Positions 36,437-45,979 of a stretch of DNA of 64,000 bases are shown here, in pieces. The notes beneath the pieces are model-generated. The model was not told the origin of the DNA. It worked only from the letters and a program-made list of their open reading frames with translations, and searched no databases. The position numbers and the translations under genes were made by a program. Position 1 is the first letter of the stretch, and each line of letters begins with the position of its first letter. This DNA is from a candidate division WOR-3 bacterium (lineage in GTDB: Bacteria; Hydrothermota; Tepidihabitantia; B3-TA06). The stretch lies in contig CBFGKC010000006.1 in the NCBI GenBank assembly GCA_965649265.1, positions 122,883 through 186,882 on the forward strand, given 5' to 3'.

Positions 36437-36775
36437 ATTACCCCAAAATAATACTCCGTATTCTTTTGGGGACCCCGTAAGACACGAAAGCGCGAATCCC
36501 ACACAAGCCCCTTCAGATTTTCCTCAGCCCTCCTCAGCCCCCCTCACTCTCCCCTCAACTCGCCTCAGTTCCCCTCAGCCTTCCTCGGTTCTTTACGTAT
36601 TGGCATCGCGCGTGATTTGTAAATTTGTCGTCGATCGCGAACAATCAATCTCTTAATTATTTCTAACCCTTTTATTTGTCGCGGCTGATTATTTTTATGA
36701 GGATGTGAATCGCAGGCGTAGTTGTGGAAGAAGGGGTACCCCGCAAAGATGCCGGGTCTCTTTGCGGGGTATTTA

Positions 36776-36796
36776 AAGGGCGGCTTTCGCCGCCCC
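36776..36796 (-). terminator. Probable intrinsic terminator after the 36817 CDS
   Basis: GGGCGGCGAAAGCCGCCC hairpin followed by TTT on the minus strand. Confidence 0.55.
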
Positions 36797-36816
36797 ACAG
36801 TCTGTCCCTGAACGAC

Positions 36817-38451
36817 TTACTTTACGATAGTTACCTTTGCGGTCCTGGTACCCGCGCCGTTGTCGAGCCTGACGAAATAGACTCCTGTTGGAACATGACG
36901 TCCCACATCGTCCGTGCGATTCCAGGAGAGCGTGTGATTGCCAGCGCTCGCCTCGGTGCTCGCAAGCATCCGCACCAGCCTGCCCGACGCGTCGAATACG
37001 GAAAGTGTCATGCTTCCGGCCTTCGGCAATTGGTAGTTGATGCGGACGCTGCCCGATGCCGACATATCGTTCACCGAAAGACTCAGCTCGCGAACCATCT
37101 CCATTGTTTGCGATTGCGGGGTCTCAACCTCGTTGCTTGAGGGGGGGAGGGGTATTGTCGAAAGTCCGAGAAGCTTCTGTGAGGTCTCGAGCTTCCGTAT
37201 CTTTTCCGTGACCGCCTTGTAATCGGTCTTCTGCTCCCTGCCCTTTACACGCGCGATGGCCATCCAGCTGAAGGTCGCGTTGAGGTCGCCTACCTCGGAT
37301 ACCGCGGTGAATCCTCTTGTCGTCACGTCCTTCACGTATATGCCCGAGTAGGATCCCTCGGGTGTCACTATCACTTTGATCGGTATCTGACTCGATATCA
37401 CCTGCGGGTACGGTTCCTCGAACTCTATCCTTGCAATGCCGTTGGAAAGCTTCGTGCGTCCCGATATGGTGTATTCGGGATACGGTGCTTCGGTGGCCGA
37501 CATGGTCACCCAGGTGCCGTCGTCCATCTTGATCACGTTGTCCTTGTCGCCCGTTACGTAAAGGTCACCCTGTATAAGGACGTCTCCTAAAAAGTTGCCT
37601 GCATAGGGGGTGCCGACGATTTCGATTCCGGCATTCGCGGTTCCGATATATACGTAGTTCGATCCAAGTCCTTTGATGTATGCGCCCCAGTTGCTGCCTG
37701 CAAGGGCTGCTTCGGAGCCGTTTACGTGAAGGAATTGTCCCGCCAGAGAGCTTGTAGATGCCGCGTAAGCGTACAACCCCCTGGTCGAACTGCCCAGGTA
37801 TGCGTTGTTGCCGTTATTATTTCGACCGAACACTCCGTAACTTGCGGAACCTATATATCCGTAGTTGCCCGATGAGCTTCTGCCGTATACCCCGTAGGAA
37901 GAATGACCCAGTATCCCGTAATTCGAATTTGAATTCGCTCCGTATGCGCCGTAAGTCGAGGAGCCAAGATAGGCGTAATTCCCGTTGCCGTTCGCGGCAT
38001 AGGCAGCGTAGTCATTCGAACCTATATATCCATAGTTGTTGCTCGAGGAATCCTTGCCATAGACCCCGTAGTCGGTGGAAGCCAGATAACCGTAGTTGCC
38101 CAGGTTATGACTGCCGTATGCCCCATAGCTGAAGGAACCCAGATATCCGAGATTCCCTGATGAGTACTTGCCGTATGCGCCGTAGCCGATTGAAGCGATG
38201 TGCCCCTGGTTTCCCGAATAGTGCTCGCCGTACACGCCGAACAAGGTGTATCCCAGATAACCCAGGTTTCCGTTCGCGTTCTCTCCATACGCGCCGAAGT
38301 AGAAGTGACCCAGATATCCAACAGTCGAGGACAGTGTAGAGGTTCCTTTTACTCCCCAGTAATCACCTGAACCTTCCACCTGTACGGCGAAAAGGTTTAT
38401 GCAGGCGAGCATTACACTCGCGATGACGACGAGTTTTTTTATTGTGGACAT
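36817..38451 (-). CDS. Exported Gly/Tyr-rich repeat protein (fibre/adhesin-like) with FlgD-Ig/sorting-like C-terminal domain
   Basis: Signal peptide; about ten ~19-aa repeats GY(L/I)GS..YG(V/A)YG....GN; FDASGRLVR...W...D..G..V.TGVYF. Confidence 0.75.
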   Translation of the reverse strand: MSTIKKLVVIASVMLACINLFAVQVEGSGDYWGVKGTSTLSSTVGYLGHFYFGAYGENANGNLGYLGYTLFGVYGEHYSGNQGHIASIGYGAYGKYSSGNLGYLGSFSYGAYGSHNLGNYGYLASTDYGVYGKDSSSNNYGYIGSNDYAAYAANGNGNYAYLGSSTYGAYGANSNSNYGILGHSSYGVYGRSSSGNYGYIGSASYGVFGRNNNGNNAYLGSSTRGLYAYAASTSSLAGQFLHVNGSEAALAGSNWGAYIKGLGSNYVYIGTANAGIEIVGTPYAGNFLGDVLIQGDLYVTGDKDNVIKMDDGTWVTMSATEAPYPEYTISGRTKLSNGIARIEFEEPYPQVISSQIPIKVIVTPEGSYSGIYVKDVTTRGFTAVSEVGDLNATFSWMAIARVKGREQKTDYKAVTEKIRKLETSQKLLGLSTIPLPPSSNEVETPQSQTMEMVRELSLSVNDMSASGSVRINYQLPKAGSMTLSVFDASGRLVRMLASTEASAGNHTLSWNRTDDVGRHVPTGVYFVRLDNGAGTRTAKVTIVK

Positions 38452-38830
38452 TGTTGCCTCCTATGGTCGTTTTTTATGGAGACAGGGAAACACCGACATT
38501 GTGCCCCGGAAAATCACGTTGTGTTTTTCCGCTCGTCCCGCCCATACTGCTTGACTCGATGCCAGCAATGGGACCTCCTGCTATCCACAAATCCTCCTGC
38601 GGTCGAACGAAAGCGGCGCACGACGCTGGTTCGACCCGGCGCCATCCGGGCGCGTCCTAAAAATAACGGAAGTAACACTTCCGCCAGGCGCCTTCCGGGC
38701 GCAAGCCCTCCTTGCTGTCTCGCAAGTTTATGGTATACCTGCAATACAGCCGCCGCAGGATTTTATTCCATTTAATTAGACCGGGCCGCACAAGTTGACC
38801 TCGTTTCCAAAGCCCGTATAATCGAGCGTT

Positions 38831-40090
38831 ATGGAGCACATCCCACTCCTTGCGAAGCTCGGAATTATCTTCGGCGTCATCATCGTCGTCATGGTATTCA
38901 GGCTGCCCACGTTCGTGCCAATCCTTTTGGGCGCTGTCGTCACCGGCGTCCTCTTCACCATGCCCGCGCTCGATATCGGAAGAACATTCCTCGACAGCGT
39001 AATAGACTTCTACACCATTGACACCATCCTCATCGTCTGCTTCATCGAGATTCTCGGCAAGATGATGAAGGAGCGCGGCATCCTCTCGCGATTCGCCGGC
39101 GGCGCCGACTACCTTCTGCGGGGCTCTCGCGTGAGCGTGGTCACGATCCCCATGTTCGTCGGCCTCCTGCCAATGCCGGGCGGCGCCTACTTCACCGCAC
39201 CCATGACCGAGGAGCAGATAAAACCCTACGGAATAAAGCCCGGGCTCGCGGTCTACATCAACTACTGGTTCCGGCACGTGTGGGAGTACTTCTGGCCGCT
39301 TTACCCCGGCCTCATCGTGGGCTTCGCCATCCTCAAGGACGTCACCGTCGGCTCCGTCATCATCCACCAGTCGTTCGTGACACTGCTCGCGATTGCGGCG
39401 GGCGCCGTCATCATCTTTGCCTTCGTCAAGCGCAGGGTGGTGCGGCCGGAGCGTCTTGCGGGCAAGGGTCGTTCTTCCACAAAAGACGTGCTCTACGGCG
39501 CGTTCCCTCTACTCATCATCGTCGTCCTCATCGTGGTCACGCAGGCGCTTGGCTCCATAGTCAAGATTCCCGTTTCCTCCGTCATGCTGATCGTGCTGGT
39601 CTCTTCGTGGATATTCTACAAGGTTCCATTGAAAGGTTCAGGCAAGCTCATTCTTTCCGCGCTCGACTGGCGCGTGATCTCGCTCATGGCGTCGGTCATG
39701 TTCTTCAAGTACATGCTCGACCGTTCGTCCGCGCTGACCGGGCTCGGCCCGATGCTTGCAGGGGCCCCCTCCTCCCTCATCATCGCCATGATAATGTTTC
39801 TTCCCTTCGTGGTCGGACTCCTCGTGGGACTCAACCAGGCGTACGTTGCCACGACGTTTCCCCTGCTCGCGCCCTTCATCGGCCATGACCCCGGACTCGT
39901 CATGCTCGCGTACGCGTTCGGGTTCTTCGGCGTGATGCTCTCGCCCTCGCACCTCTGCCTTGCCTTATCGCGCGAGTACTTCAAGGCGAGCTGGGGCTCG
40001 GTGTACAAGTGGTTGGTGCCCTCAGTGATCGCGGTCGCCGTCGTGACGTTCGCCGTGTGGTTCTTCCTGTTCCCGCATCCTAAACTATAG
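38831..40090 (+). CDS. DUF401 family membrane protein
   Basis: GLLPMPGGA.F.AP, NYWFRH.WEY.WPLYP, SP.HLC...EYF. Confidence 0.88.
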   Translation: MEHIPLLAKLGIIFGVIIVVMVFRLPTFVPILLGAVVTGVLFTMPALDIGRTFLDSVIDFYTIDTILIVCFIEILGKMMKERGILSRFAGGADYLLRGSRVSVVTIPMFVGLLPMPGGAYFTAPMTEEQIKPYGIKPGLAVYINYWFRHVWEYFWPLYPGLIVGFAILKDVTVGSVIIHQSFVTLLAIAAGAVIIFAFVKRRVVRPERLAGKGRSSTKDVLYGAFPLLIIVVLIVVTQALGSIVKIPVSSVMLIVLVSSWIFYKVPLKGSGKLILSALDWRVISLMASVMFFKYMLDRSSALTGLGPMLAGAPSSLIIAMIMFLPFVVGLLVGLNQAYVATTFPLLAPFIGHDPGLVMLAYAFGFFGVMLSPSHLCLALSREYFKASWGSVYKWLVPSVIAVAVVTFAVWFFLFPHPKL

Positions 40091-40094
40091 ATAC

Positions 40095-40172
40095 CCCCCG
40101 TAACACCCCCCCCCGTAACACCCCTCCCGTAACACACCCCCGTAACACACCCCGTAACATGCTCCGTAACAC
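40095..40172 (+). repeat. CCGTAACAC short tandem units (6 copies) after the DUF401 stop
   Basis: Read directly; same unit as 7131-7188. Confidence 0.8.
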
Positions 40173-40386
40173 GCCAACGTCATCCTGAGAACCGCAGATG
40201 CGGGGCGAAAGGATCGCCTTCAGAAGGCAGTTTCTTTGAACACATGGGATCATTTATGTCTAAGGCGATGGCTTTGCTTGCTCGAAGCAGCCGTGCAAAG
40301 ACACCCTCGTCCCACTTTCCCAGAGGGCAGGGGGTGTCCCACTTCGATAGGGGGGAGGGGGGGATTAATGTTTTGAGGGGGTCAGG

Positions 40387-41088
40387 CTAGTGAATCACCA
40401 CTAACTTTGAGGTGTAGTCAATGTAGAACGAGCTGTCGGGAACGATGAATCTCGTAAAATAGATGCCAGCAGGCAAGGTCGAGAAGTCTTTCTGTATTGA
40501 GTGTGAACCTGCGCAGTAATTACCACTTAGTATTGTCTCGATTAACGCTCCCCGGAAATCGTAGAGAGCCAGGTGAACTACCATGGGTTTCGGTATCGCG
40601 TAGTTCAAACCGGCAGTTCCTGAGACTATTGAAGGGAAGTGCGGCGGTCTTTCTAACCGCAACTTTCGCGATGCGGTGTCGTTTCTTGCAACGGTATCGT
40701 ATGGATTCGAGACCCGCGCGAAAATCATGAAGGAATCAACGTCTTGAGAAGAGAAAGGCTTGTGAGAGTAGACGACCGTCTTTCCGGGCGCAAGCGCGTT
40801 TACGTACAACGTGTCTGTGTAAACCACCTGGTTTGTGGTAAGAGATGTTATCGTGAAGTAAAAATCGGCATAGGTGTGATGCGAGCTGAAACTCTCTACG
40901 GTGCATCCGATCTTGATCTTACTATCAGGATACAAGTCATAGGCATAAAGACTACCAGCATAATTGATACTTGTTATCCAGAGGTCAAGGCTGTCGCCTG
41001 CCTGCAAACCTCTCTCAGGCGTGTTCGCTGCATTCATCGCGCTTGCTGAGACAAGAAGAAGTGTCGCTGTCAGAATTTTATTTCCCAT
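40387..41088 (-). CDS. Exported Ig-like protein with C-terminal sorting-like domain
   Basis: Signal peptide; D....ND motif; LYD.RG...LPAGIYF...KLVVIH. Confidence 0.7.
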   Translation of the reverse strand: MGNKILTATLLLVSASAMNAANTPERGLQAGDSLDLWITSINYAGSLYAYDLYPDSKIKIGCTVESFSSHHTYADFYFTITSLTTNQVVYTDTLYVNALAPGKTVVYSHKPFSSQDVDSFMIFARVSNPYDTVARNDTASRKLRLERPPHFPSIVSGTAGLNYAIPKPMVVHLALYDFRGALIETILSGNYCAGSHSIQKDFSTLPAGIYFTRFIVPDSSFYIDYTSKLVVIH

Positions 41089-41233
41089 TCGGTTTCATAT
41101 CCTCTCCATTTTGAAGCCGCGGGTATTCCCACTCTGGATAATCAGCATATTCAATAACGCCGTTCAGTCAACCTTGCAGGCTCGACGTTAACGCCTCAAG
41201 CGTTTGCGTGAGTCAGGTCAGCCCGAATGGTGC

Positions 41234-41259
41234 GGGCCGACCTAAAGGTCGGCCCCTAC
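41234..41259 (-). repeat. GTAG-type REP palindrome
   Basis: Minus strand GTAGGGGCCGACCTTTAGGTCGGCCC: a GTAG foot plus a perfect stem. Confidence 0.75.
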
Positions 41260-42190
41260 GTTGTGTTAGTCATAAGGTGCATTTGTACCCTTCGTTCGCC
41301 CTTCGGTGGCTTCGTAGCCACTCGGGGTTGCATGTGCGGAACTACGTTCCACGAAGACTATTTCCAATTAAGGAGTATCGCCAGGGGTGATTTCGTCATC
41401 TTCGATTGCGGAAGGAACTTCCGCCCATGCGGATTCCATCCGCTCGCTCGCCAACGACAATCTAATGAATCCCCCTTGCCTTTCGGGCGTTCCCCCTTAA
41501 TAAGGGGGATGTTACGGCCCCCCTTCGATAAGGGGGGAGCGGGGGGATTCTCCCGGTCTTCGTCTCTCGTTTAATGGGAGGGAAAGTCAACCCCTCCTCT
41601 TAATCCTCTTCGCAAGGGGGAGGAGGTTTTACTTTCAGTCGGTAAATTTCCATAATTTTCCTCCCGAGACCGTCCGTTTTTTGCCCCCAAAATGCCCTCA
41701 AAACCCCGGTTTTGTCCATCTTTTGTCCCACTTTTGACCAGCTTTTTTTTCACGAAAATTGCCCCAAAATGCCCGATTTGTCCATCTTTTGACCATCTTT
41801 TGTCCCACTTTTTTTATGCCCCACAAAATTGCTGCGCAATTTTGCGGGGACCCCATTAGAGAGATATGAATTCTAAAACATAAGTGATTGTAAAAGAATA
41901 TCTTAAACAAATTCAAGTCGCCTTATTGGCGTCTGAGGGATGAAATCCCTGGGCTTAAGTTATTCTATAACTTCAAGATTGAAATAACTTAAACAAGAGG
42001 TGTCACTTATTGTGACTTATGAAACAGAGTTTCATCGGCTTAAGTTGTTACATAACTTTATAATTTGAATAACTTAAGCAAATCGCCGCCACTTATTGTG
42101 GCGGCGATAGCTCGCATATACGCGGAGTCTTTGTGCTCATTGGGCCATCCGCGGGGGCCGACTCCATAACCCCTTGTCGGATGGTAAGTT

Positions 42191-43189
42191 CTATTCGTTG
42201 TATCGGATGTCGTAATCCCTCGATGGCTTCGTCTCCTGCTCTGGGAACAGGTCGGTATGCACCAAAATTCCGTCCGCAAGCAGCGCCGAACCCTGCGAGT
42301 CGTGACCGTCGACTTCGTATAAGTCGCCTGATCCCGGAGTATACGCGTCATCGAGGTCGGCCTTGGTGTACACCGCTAAGAGTTCCTTGGCCTTCTGCCA
42401 CGAAACGGAGCCGTGCTCCTCGCCCTGCATTGCTTCAACTATATAGGATTCCAATAACTTATGCCAATAACTCTTCATCATCGTGTGGGAGCTGAAGAGG
42501 TCGATGCCCACAACCTGGTCGCCCACGCAAACGATTACGCCTTTCATGTTTGTATTGTTTGCCGCAAGGCCTTCGAGCTTTTTCCAGTATTTGTCGCGGT
42601 CACCTTTGTAGGAACTGGAAGTGTAAATATCGTTAAATGCGCCGGTTGATGAAGTCTCGCCCATCACTTTTTCCTGGTTTTCCGCGACCTTGTTCCAGAC
42701 TTCGGACTGGCTCTTGTTCGCGCGCGCGTTGGCCCTGACAGACGGAGAAACGTTGATGTCGGCCTTCGCGAACTCCTTTGAGGAACCCGACCAGCGTCCG
42801 TGCTCGGTGCAGTACACGGAAACCTCCAGCCAGCCTGAACTTGGAGGAAGGATCAGGTCGTTTTCAATCATCCGGTCCTGCTTTGCGCCGAGTATTACCT
42901 CGCCCGCCATCGCGAACACCGGGTTAGAACTTTTGTTCTTTACGAGGACGGTGTTAACCTCGCCCTCGTTTTTTTCCTTGACGACCACAAGACCCTTATC
43001 AAGCGCGTCCTTGAGGATCATAAAGCTTTCCGCGTCGCCGGTGTAAGAGAGGGGGTAGATACGTAAGTTCTCGGCTTCAGCATAGTTAAGAATCGTGACC
43101 TTGCCAGGAATGGCGTTTACCACAGACTCGTCTCCTGAGGTGGACCCCAGGAGAGCGAGCGCTAAAGGTATGAGAAATTTCATTTCCAA
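42191..43189 (-). CDS. Exported ARPP-1/DUF6569-like protein
   Basis: V.E...VN.V...N....VF..AGE...GAKQDR...V.C.EHGRW...QS.VW; N-terminal signal. Confidence 0.7.
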   Translation of the reverse strand: MEMKFLIPLALALLGSTSGDESVVNAIPGKVTILNYAEAENLRIYPLSYTGDAESFMILKDALDKGLVVVKEKNEGEVNTVLVKNKSSNPVFAMAGEVILGAKQDRMIENDLILPPSSGWLEVSVYCTEHGRWSGSSKEFAKADINVSPSVRANARANKSQSEVWNKVAENQEKVMGETSSTGAFNDIYTSSSYKGDRDKYWKKLEGLAANNTNMKGVIVCVGDQVVGIDLFSSHTMMKSYWHKLLESYIVEAMQGEEHGSVSWQKAKELLAVYTKADLDDAYTPGSGDLYEVDGHDSQGSALLADGILVHTDLFPEQETKPSRDYDIRYNE

Positions 43190-43194
43190 CCTCC

Positions 43195-43830
43195 TTAGTT
43201 ATCGGTAAGTTTGAAATTTACGGGAACCGAAATCTTGACGGCCAGCGGTTTTTCGCCCTGCATTGCCGGTGTAAAGCGCGCGTTGCGAACGGCTTCCTCC
43301 GCGGCGTTATCAAGCTCTTCATATCCGGAACTCTTCAATATTTGTGTGTCGAAGACAAGCCCTTGTTCGTCCAGTGCCGCACCGACTATGACCAATCCCT
43401 CAACTTCCAATTTACGCATCCGTTCAGGATACTTGATATCCATTCCCCCGATAAGTTGCGGTTTTTTTGCACTTGCAGGTAAAAAGGGGACATCGTTGAT
43501 GGTTCTGATGATTCTGTCGCCGCCGATGATTCCGGGGTCAATCAAATTTGTATTTCCAGGGAGAATGGAATCAGCGGTCTGGCCAGGTGCAGCTTTCTCA
43601 ATCTGGACCACTTTGTTGTCGATGGGAGGAGGAGTGTTGGGGTAGTTCTCGACGGTGATTCCGCCCCAGTCGATGATATCGCTGCCTGAAACCGGTTTAA
43701 CGTTCAGGGGTTTGATCGTAAAGCTTCCAAGGAACGCGAAAATTAGTATAGACGCTCCCAGCGCTCCAATCACTCCCACTTGCAGTCTTTCGGTTGCATG
43801 TTCGCGGATGGTGGCAATTTTTGCTTGCAT
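43195..43830 (-). CDS. TonB family energy transducer (C-terminal domain)
   Basis: Single TM; YP......VEG.V....SSG...LD.AA..AV....F.PA...G...V.F. Start moved to 43830 (SD GGAGG). Confidence 0.88.
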   Translation of the reverse strand: MQAKIATIREHATERLQVGVIGALGASILIFAFLGSFTIKPLNVKPVSGSDIIDWGGITVENYPNTPPPIDNKVVQIEKAAPGQTADSILPGNTNLIDPGIIGGDRIIRTINDVPFLPASAKKPQLIGGMDIKYPERMRKLEVEGLVIVGAALDEQGLVFDTQILKSSGYEELDNAAEEAVRNARFTPAMQGEKPLAVKISVPVNFKLTDN

Positions 43831-43920
43831 TTCATCCTCCTTTGCATTGTTATACATCTTGTCCCAAGGTTTATTCCGCTCTCCATGATTTGTAATCGTG
43901 AATCGCATAAGCTTATGCAA

Positions 43921-44265
43921 ATGCGCCCCCGGCGCTAGCCCTCCTCAGACCCCCTCAGACCCTCCTCAGACCCTCCTCAGACTATCCTCAGACTATCCTC
44001 AGACTATTGGGGGCTCAACACCTTGCAGAATTCTATTCTGCGCATGCGCCTCCGGCGCTAGCCCTTTGGATAAGTAGAAATGAAATGGCGGAAGCGCAGC
44101 TTGCGCCCAGCGCCTCCGGCGCTCCTCCTTAGATCGGTAATAGTGAAATCGCAGAAACCCCATGGGCTTCTGCGCATGCGCCTCCGGCGCTAGCCCTTTG
44201 GATAAGTAGAAATGAAATGGCGGAAGCGCAGCTTGCGCCCAGCGCCTCCGGCGCTAGCCCTGACT
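43921..44265. repeat. Mosaic REP/BIME-like intergenic repeat, copy 2
   Basis: Six CCTCAGAC units, an 88-bp perfect direct repeat (44036-44123 = 44168-44255), and five GCGCC(T/C)CCGGCGCT hairpins. Confidence 0.88.
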
Positions 44266-44405
44266 CAACACACAGTCGAAACAATCTGAATAGCATCTTC
44301 CTAAGTCATCTATAATATGCGGAGCTTTTTTTGTAAGTATTTATGCCGCATATTGACAAATTACCCTTACATCGTATCATTTTGCAAACGAGAAGGAGGA
44401 GTATT

Positions 44406-45815
44406 ATGAAACCTATGTGTTTTCTTTCAATAACGTTTTCGTGTATATTTTTTTTCCTCTCCACGGTCGTACGCGCCGAGGATGTTCCCGTTAACGTCTG
44501 GAACAAGGTCTATGATTCAGGCAAGAACGACGTACCTTACGCTATTGCGGTGGATGATTCGGGCTACGTTTACGTCGCGGGACTTTATTACAATGGTGAG
44601 AACAGCGATTTCAGAACCATAAAATTCGACCCGGACGGGGAGATTGCATGGAACAAAACATTCGGGCCTGCAACCGAAGATATTGCCTGGGCGGTTGCGG
44701 TCAGCAGTACGGGTTCGGTATACGTTGCAGGTGAATCCAAGGATGCCTACGAACTGGTCAAATATGACTCGAAAGGAACCGAACTCTGGAACAAATCATA
44801 CGAATCCCAGTATAAATATTCGGACGCGGCGTACGGGATAGCCCTGGATGAGGATAACGGTTTTTGTTACCTTACCGGCAAGGTTCACAACACGGCTACC
44901 GGAAACAACGATTACAGGACAATAAAATGCGATACATCCGGCAACAAGAAATGGGACAACAAATACGATTCGGGCGCAGATGACTGCGCATACGGGGTGA
45001 CAGTAGACAAAGACGGTAACGCTTACGTGACAGGCGGCATCAACTCCGACACGAGTGTGATGACCGTCAAGTATGGTCCTACCGGAAATACCGTCTGGAA
45101 AAAAACATACTCCGGAGGCGATAAAAATGTTGGATATTCCATAATAACAGATAATGGCGGTTCTTTTTATGTCGCCGGAATGTCGAAAAGCAGTGCCGGG
45201 AATATGGATTATCGCACCGTCAAATACGATCTTGCCGGAAATATGAAATGGGAGAAGCTATATGGATCGAGTAACAATGAGTTTGCCTGTGATGTTGCGC
45301 TTGATGACAAGGGTTTCTTGTACGTAACAGGTTCATATTACGAGGGGTCATATCCTTTCTCCAGAACCATGAAGTACGATTCTCTTGGAAACATCCAGTG
45401 GGAGTTTGCTTATGATCAAGGCTCGAGGGAAGAAAGCGAGGGCGTAGCCGTGGATGCTGACGGGAACATCTACATCATCTGTAAATCTTACAACGGCAAG
45501 GATAACGATTTCAGGCTTTTAAAATATCGGCAGTCTTCAGGGATAGCGGAAACGTTTTTTAAACCTGAAGATATGAATCTGGAACTTGAAAATAAAGGAT
45601 CCTTTTGGACTGTAGCCTACTCTCTTGTGGATTCCGGCCCAATAGAGCTGTCGATTTTTGATGTCAGAGGTACGAGGGTTGCAACGTTAGATCACGGTTT
45701 TCGAAGCTCAGGCACACACTCTCTTGTCTGGATTCCGGAGGTAAATGGGGTATATTTCCTTAAGCTTTCGAAAGGGGCGAGCGTCGAAAACAGGAAAGTA
45801 GTGGTAATTCGCTAG
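44406..45815 (+). CDS. SBBP-like beta-propeller exported protein with C-terminal sorting-like domain
   Basis: A..IAVD..G..YV.G...D..T.KYD..G...W repeats; FDVRG..GVYF. ATG 44406 follows SD AGGAGG. Confidence 0.85.
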   Translation: MKPMCFLSITFSCIFFFLSTVVRAEDVPVNVWNKVYDSGKNDVPYAIAVDDSGYVYVAGLYYNGENSDFRTIKFDPDGEIAWNKTFGPATEDIAWAVAVSSTGSVYVAGESKDAYELVKYDSKGTELWNKSYESQYKYSDAAYGIALDEDNGFCYLTGKVHNTATGNNDYRTIKCDTSGNKKWDNKYDSGADDCAYGVTVDKDGNAYVTGGINSDTSVMTVKYGPTGNTVWKKTYSGGDKNVGYSIITDNGGSFYVAGMSKSSAGNMDYRTVKYDLAGNMKWEKLYGSSNNEFACDVALDDKGFLYVTGSYYEGSYPFSRTMKYDSLGNIQWEFAYDQGSREESEGVAVDADGNIYIICKSYNGKDNDFRLLKYRQSSGIAETFFKPEDMNLELENKGSFWTVAYSLVDSGPIELSIFDVRGTRVATLDHGFRSSGTHSLVWIPEVNGVYFLKLSKGASVENRKVVVIR

Positions 45816-45979
45816 TTTCCAAACAGGGGCTTTATAATAACTATTAATCGGTGCGAAGCTAAGCCGATTTTTTAGTCACGGAGGCCTTGACTAAATGCTG
45901 AATGTTGGTATATTTTCAAGAGTAATCTAGTCGTGTTGGGAATAAGAGGGCCAGAAAACAATAAAACTTTGGAGGTTAT

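Noticed and set aside
38460-38790. Riboswitch or tRNA fragment (GGTTCGACCC) in the intergenic region
   Set aside because: I could not fold a cloverleaf or match a riboswitch consensus by eye; an Rfam scan would be needed.
43921-44265. Possible CRISPR array or tRNA cluster
   Set aside because: Intervening segments are themselves repeated, and no cloverleaf or TTCGA/CCA pattern was found.
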